The position numbers and the translations under genes are program-made. This document shows, piece after piece, positions 59,842 to 64,000 of a DNA stretch of 64,000 nucleotides. Under the pieces are notes generated by a model. That model did no database searches and was not told the origin of the DNA. It saw nothing but the letters and a program-made list of their open reading frames with translations. How positions within the stretch are numbered: position 1 is the first letter of the stretch; each line of letters starts with the position of its first letter. This DNA is from Burkholderiales bacterium (GTDB lineage: Bacteria; Pseudomonadota; Gammaproteobacteria; Burkholderiales; Ga0077523), in contig JBBQHP010000001.1 in the NCBI GenBank assembly GCA_038324085.1, positions 68,381-132,380 of the forward strand. Direction: 5' to 3'.

Positions 59842-61502
59842 AATCATTCTTCGCGAGCAAGCGGCCACTGCGGGGAGAGCGCCGGTGCAAGTGCTGCGGT
59901 GCGACTGCGGCGTGGTTCGGTGCGGTGGACTTCTCCAAGAGCTGCGAGGATGCAAAGGCCAAGGTGCTGCCCGATTCGGGCCGGATGATCGATTACTTCC
60001 GGTGCAGCGACTGCGGGTTCCTCTTCACCGAGCTGATCGACGACTGGAGCAGCGCGCGGGTCGCTGCCGAGATCTACAACGCGGACTATGTCCGGGTCGA
60101 TCCGGACTTCGTCGCGACGCGGCCGCTCGCCAATGCGCAGCTGCTGGCCGCTGGCTTCCAGGGCATGGAGGCGGAGCTTTCCATTCTCGACTATGGCGGC
60201 GGCAACGGCGATCTGGCGCGCCATCTGCGAGCTGCACGATTCGTTCGAGCGACCTCGTACGATCCGTTCCACGACGGCGGCGCTGACAAACCCGCCGCGC
60301 CGAGCGATCTCGTTACGGCGTTCGAGGTGGTCGAACATGCGCCCGATCCCGTCGCCCTGTTCGAGGACGTGGCAAGGCTCGTCGCCGACGGCGGTGCGTT
60401 CCTGTTCACCACGCTTCTGCAGCCGTCCGACATCGCAACCGTCGGCCTCGGCTGGTGGTACGCAGCGCCACGCAACGGCCACGTTTCTCTCCATACGCGC
60501 GCAAGCCTCGAGGCCGCGTCGAAGCGTGGCGGCTGGCACGTGGAATCCTTCGATTCCCTGCTGCACGTCGCCTGGCGGACCCGCCCCGCGTGGCTGGATC
60601 GCTTCGAGGCGATGCTCGCGAAGCTCGGGGATGCGGCCCCGCCTTCGGTTCAGCCTGCACGCTTCGTCACCACGCGCGACGCCTCCATGAGCGCGGCGCC
60701 GATCGTTGCGGCGCGCCAGTGCCGCCACGGCCGGATGAGCTATTTTCCGCACGATGCCTACGTCGGGCGTTCGCTCGATCTGTATGGCGAATTCTCCGAG
60801 GGCGAAGTCGATCTGTTCCGGCAGTTGCTCCGGCCGGGCGACACTGTGCTCGAGGCCGGGGCCAATATCGGCGCTCACACGGTGTTCCTCGCGCAGGCGG
60901 TTGGACCCCAGGGTAGAGTGCTCGGCTACGAGCCGCAACGTGCGATCTTCGACCTGTTGCGAATCAACCTGGAGGCGAACGCGCTGCCATGGGCGGATGC
61001 TCGGCTTGCCGCGCTGGGCTCCACGGTCGGGACGATCCGGGTACCGCCGCTCGATTACAGCGCGGCCGACAATTTTGGCGGTGTGTCGATGGGCGGAACG
61101 GCGGGGGAACTGGTGGCGGTCGAGACCATAGACGGGCTTGATCTGCCGCGATTGAAGCTGCTCAAGATCGACGTCGAAGGCATGGAGACCGACGTCCTGC
61201 GCGGGGCAACCGCAACCATCTGGCGCACCCGTCCCTACTTGTACGTGGAGAACGACCGCGAGGAAAACTCGTCGCAGCTGATCGCAGTGATCCAGTCGCT
61301 CGGTTATCGACTCTGGTGGCACGCACCCGCATTGTTCAATCCCGGCAACTTTGCGGGCAACAGTGACAATGTCTTCGGCACCGTCGGGTCGATCAACCTG
61401 TTCTGCGTGCCGGAAGAAGTCGAAACCAGCGTGGGCGGGTTGCGCGGAGTGACGTCGCCTCGGGACCGGTTCACGAGCCAGGCGTTTTCGCGATCAGGTT
61501 AA
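59835..61502 (+). CDS. Fusion of a Cys4 zinc-ribbon plus class I SAM methyltransferase with an FkbM-family methyltransferase
   Basis: The start at MLKSFFASK overlaps the upstream stop (ATGCTGA). Has CKCCG...CSDCG, ILDYGGGNGDLA and FEVVEHAPDP. The second half has VLEAGANIGAHTVFLA...LKIDVEGMETDVLRGA, typical of FkbM. Confidence 0.75.
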   Translation: MLKSFFASKRPLRGERRCKCCGATAAWFGAVDFSKSCEDAKAKVLPDSGRMIDYFRCSDCGFLFTELIDDWSSARVAAEIYNADYVRVDPDFVATRPLANAQLLAAGFQGMEAELSILDYGGGNGDLARHLRAARFVRATSYDPFHDGGADKPAAPSDLVTAFEVVEHAPDPVALFEDVARLVADGGAFLFTTLLQPSDIATVGLGWWYAAPRNGHVSLHTRASLEAASKRGGWHVESFDSLLHVAWRTRPAWLDRFEAMLAKLGDAAPPSVQPARFVTTRDASMSAAPIVAARQCRHGRMSYFPHDAYVGRSLDLYGEFSEGEVDLFRQLLRPGDTVLEAGANIGAHTVFLAQAVGPQGRVLGYEPQRAIFDLLRINLEANALPWADARLAALGSTVGTIRVPPLDYSAADNFGGVSMGGTAGELVAVETIDGLDLPRLKLLKIDVEGMETDVLRGATATIWRTRPYLYVENDREENSSQLIAVIQSLGYRLWWHAPALFNPGNFAGNSDNVFGTVGSINLFCVPEEVETSVGGLRGVTSPRDRFTSQAFSRSG

Positions 61503-61998
61503 GGCTGATCGGAACGCCCTTGAACAGCATGTTGCTGGTGTCGTCGAACAGTCCGAAGCCCTGGACGCGCTGGATGTCGACGAAGCCCGCATGCGTCAGG
61601 AAGTGGGTGAGGAACTCTTCGTTCAATCCCGAGAGGTGGTAGTCGAACTTGTCCATGTGCCCGCCGAACATCATGCGCATCACCATCCAGCGGTCATCGC
61701 GCGTGAGCGATTCACGCAACAGGAACAGTTCGGCGAGCGTATCGAGGTCCGGCACGCTCACGTAGAGAGTGCCCCCGGTGACGAGCGTACGGCGCCAATC
61801 GGCGAGTGCCTCCTGCATTTCGTTCATGAAGTCGAAGTGCTCGACGACGTGCGACGCGTAGATCACGTCGAAGGTGCCATCGGCGAAACGTGAAAGGTCG
61901 CGGGCATCGCACACGTGATCCACGCCCCCACGCTCCATTGCATCGAGAATCTCCCAGCCGGGAGCCGGCTGCCTGCCGCCAATGTGAAGTCTGCGCAT
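61471..61998 (-). CDS. Class I SAM-dependent methyltransferase (Methyltransf_11-like)
   Basis: MRRLHIGGRQPAPGWEILD...FDVIYASHVVEHF. The start is trimmed to 61998 because the longer ORF would begin inside the pilin terminator. The 3' end overlaps the convergent gene by 32 nt. Confidence 0.7.
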   Translation of the reverse strand: MRRLHIGGRQPAPGWEILDAMERGGVDHVCDARDLSRFADGTFDVIYASHVVEHFDFMNEMQEALADWRRTLVTGGTLYVSVPDLDTLAELFLLRESLTRDDRWMVMRMMFGGHMDKFDYHLSGLNEEFLTHFLTHAGFVDIQRVQGFGLFDDTSNMLFKGVPISLNLIAKTPGS

Positions 61999-62020
61999 GA
62001 ACGAAAATCCCGGAGATCGC

Positions 62021-62050
62021 AAAAAAACGGGGAGGCTCGTCGCCTCCCCG
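62021..62050 (-). terminator. Rho-independent terminator downstream of the proximal pilin gene
   Basis: On the minus strand, CGGGGAGGC-GACGA-GCCTCCCCG is followed by T7. It lies about 37 nt after the pilin stop. Confidence 0.85.
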
Positions 62051-62086
62051 CAGCTACTTTTCCAGCCGGCTGTACCGGCCGATCGA

Positions 62087-62533
62087 TCAACCCTTCGGGT
62101 AGAACTTCGAGGGCACGGTGCCGCCGACGGACCAGGTGTTGCCGGCCGGGCCGCAGGTCGAAGCCCAGACCACGGTCTGACCAGCCGTGATGGCCGAACC
62201 GATCGCCTTCATCGTTGCGGTGATCGTGGCTGCCGTGGCGCTGCTGGAGGCCAGCGTGACGCCGTTGACATAATTGCCGGTGATGCTGGCATCGGTCGGG
62301 AGACCGGCGCTCGCGTTGTCCGTCACACCCGTGCCGCTCGCGCCCAGCGTCGCTTCGGAGCACGCTTGGCCCGCCGCCAGACGAACCGGCTCGCTCAGGC
62401 TGGTGGCTTCCTGCAGCTTGGCGCGGACGGTGTAATCCTGGTAGGCCGGCAGCGCAATCGCCGCCAGGATGCCGATGATCGCAACCACGATCATCAGTTC
62501 GATCAAGGTAAAGCCTTGTTGAATCCGTTTCAT
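62087..62533 (-). CDS. pilA: Type IVa major pilin (copy 1)
   Basis: Class III signal [34 protein letters not shown]. 148 aa with two Cys, and a GAGGGA RBS. Confidence 0.9.
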   Translation of the reverse strand: MKRIQQGFTLIELMIVVAIIGILAAIALPAYQDYTVRAKLQEATSLSEPVRLAAGQACSEATLGASGTGVTDNASAGLPTDASITGNYVNGVTLASSSATAATITATMKAIGSAITAGQTVVWASTCGPAGNTWSVGGTVPSKFYPKG

Positions 62534-62658
62534 GATGTCCCTCTAGTTTTACGCCGTACGAGCAGGTTTGTCGCGTGAGCATCTGGGGCTCGGAAGAGAA
62601 CAGGGGCGCCCTGCTGGATCACCCCCGCTACCCGGGATCGCTCCCGGGAGAAATCTCG

Positions 62659-63105
62659 TTAGCCCTTCGGGTAGAACTTCGAGGGCACGGTGCCGCCGAC
62701 GGACCAGGTGTTGCCGGCCGGGCCGCAGGTCGAAGCCCACAACACGGTCTGACCAGCCGTGATGGCCGAACCGATCGTCTTCATCGTTGCGGTGATCGTG
62801 GCTGCCGTGGCGCTACTGGAGGCCAGCGTGACGCCGTTGACATAGTTGCCGGTGATGCTGGCATCGGCCGGGAGGCCGGCGCTCGCGTTGTCCGTCACAC
62901 CCGTGCCGCTCGCGCCCAGCGTCGCTTCGGAGCAGGCTTGGCCCGCCGCCAGACGAGCGGGTTCGCTCAAGCTGGTGGCTTCCTGCAGCTTTGCGCGGAC
63001 CGTGTAGTCCTGATAGGCCGGCAGCGCGATCGCCGCCAGGATGCCGATGATCGCCACGACGATCATCAATTCGATCAATGTGAAACCTTGTTGGATACGC
63101 TTCAT
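62659..63105 (-). CDS. pilA: Type IVa major pilin (copy 2)
   Basis: Same length as copy 1 and differs at 4 residues (V50A, T79A, A109T, V120L). Has an AGGAG RBS. Confidence 0.9.
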   Translation of the reverse strand: MKRIQQGFTLIELMIVVAIIGILAAIALPAYQDYTVRAKLQEATSLSEPARLAAGQACSEATLGASGTGVTDNASAGLPADASITGNYVNGVTLASSSATAATITATMKTIGSAITAGQTVLWASTCGPAGNTWSVGGTVPSKFYPKG

Positions 63106-63167
63106 ATGAAACTCCTAAGACGGTTGGACGGGTGAAACACAATCGGGCGATGTGCGACCCTGTCAAA

Positions 63168-63183
63168 GGCAAACCGTGTGCCA
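63168..63183 (-). promoter_or_regulatory. Sigma-54 (-24/-12) promoter upstream of pilin copy 2
   Basis: The minus strand reads TGGCACACGGTTTGCC, matching TGGCAC-N5-TTGC. The -12 element lies about 64 nt upstream of the ATG. Confidence 0.7.
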
Positions 63184-63400
63184 GAGAGCGATGACGCCCG
63201 CAAGCGCTTGGTGTAGAGGGAGATTCTCGATTGGAACGGACTCGCTGCGGCACCCGATATGGCGTGCGAAGGGCAATTCACGGTCGCCACGCGCGGGATG
63301 GCGACGATGGCCGGCAGGTTCCGCGCGCCCTGGTTCCGGCAGCCGACCGGGCATGGGAGGCCGTGTCCCCGGCGCAGCGGGCAATTCCTGACGTTTTCCG

Positions 63401-64000
63401 TCAGTCGCCGGAGTAGCCCGGGATGCCGGTCACGTCGACATCGTCGATCTGTTCACGATCCAGAAACTGCTCCGCATAGCGCAGATACACGCGTTCGCGG
63501 ACGAAGATGTCGAACAGGTCGGGGTCCACGTGTCCGTTGAGCTTGAACTTGCCGAGGATCTGCAGCGATTCCGTGAGCGTCTTGCCCTTCTTGTACGGGC
63601 GGTCCTTGGCGGTCAGCGCCTCGAATATGTCGGCGATCCCCATGACCCGGGCCTGCACCGACATCTGATCGCGGACCAGCCCACGCGGATAGCCCTTGCC
63701 GTCCATGCGTTCGTGGTGGCCGCCTGCGTATTCCGGCACGTTCTTCAGATGGCGTGGCCAGGGCAGCGCCTCGAGCATCTTGATCGTCACCTCGATATGA
63801 TGATTGATGACCTGCCGCTCCCTGGCGGTGAGGGTGCCGGCGCGGATCGTGAGGTTCTCGAGTTCTTCTTCGGTCAGAAAATCGACGTCCTCGCCGCGCA
63901 CGTTGCGCCAGCGGTACTTGCGCGAAATCTCGTGCACCCGTTGCTGGTCCTCGGGGCGCATCGCTTCGCCCCCCACATTGCAGAATCGCAGGAACTGGCG
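63401..64000 (-). CDS. HD-GYP domain c-di-GMP phosphodiesterase, C-terminal part (5' end outside window)
   Basis: HHERMDGKGYPRGL and IADIFEALTAKDRPYK motifs. The frame stays open from 63976 to the window edge. Confidence 0.75.
   Translation of the reverse strand, partial: RQFLRFCNVGGEAMRPEDQQRVHEISRKYRWRNVRGEDVDFLTEEELENLTIRAGTLTARERQVINHHIEVTIKMLEALPWPRHLKNVPEYAGGHHERMDGKGYPRGLVRDQMSVQARVMGIADIFEALTAKDRPYKKGKTLTESLQILGKFKLNGHVDPDLFDIFVRERVYLRYAEQFLDREQIDDVDVTGIPGYSGD

Larger units (their letters stand above)
62087..63105 (-). repeat. Tandem duplication of the pilin coding sequence (572-bp period)
   Basis: The two 447-nt CDSs align without gaps. The flanking upstream sequences are unrelated. 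Confidence 0.9.

Overview
GC-rich proteobacterial chromosomal segment. The gene order (sspAB next to petABC, yggX-ppk, sucCD) looks beta/gamma-proteobacterial, and a sulfur-oxidiser lifestyle is suggested by soxXYZA and rhd-tusA. About 60 genes can be supported. Because of the GC content, most long ORFs in the track are antisense or out-of-frame shadows of real genes, and I rejected them. Left to right: rsmE 3' end, an SDR, argA, a PhnD-like binding protein plus a HAMP-PAS-GGDEF-EAL sensor, and yggX. Next is a polyphosphate/phosphate neighbourhood (ppk1, CYTH-CHAD, sixA, a DUF347 membrane protein, ppx, phoU). Then come rpiA, ilvA, slt, GSTs, cca, a secreted EF-hand protein, a Ser/Thr kinase fused to a cNMP-binding domain, uspA, sucDC, an alkaline phosphatase, an S41 protease, tRNA-Thr(UGU), sspBA, petCBA and osmC. 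A translationally coupled operon follows: a second kinase-cNMP fusion, then rhodanese, tusA and coq7. After that come chrA, a bepA-like protease, moaC and soxXYZA. The most unusual part is a roughly 16.5 kb same-strand array (45.5-62 kb). It encodes six proteins with long TPR arrays fused to a SAM-methyltransferase, GT41 (OGT/SPINDLY-like) or GT9 (heptosyltransferase-like) domain, plus three further methyltransferase domains. This array lies directly next to two tandem, near-identical Ser/Thr/Ala-rich type IV pilin genes, the distal one with a sigma-54 promoter, and an HD-GYP gene. I propose the array as a candidate cytoplasmic protein glycosylation/methylation system of unknown target, with the pilins as the obvious candidates. 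Other points worth a second look are a Lys/Ala/Pro-rich tail on PPK1, a 57-bp tandem duplication across the CHAD/sixA junction, and an orphan terminator with duplicated CU-rich motifs (candidate sRNA). I found no CRISPR array, rRNA, transposase or integrase.
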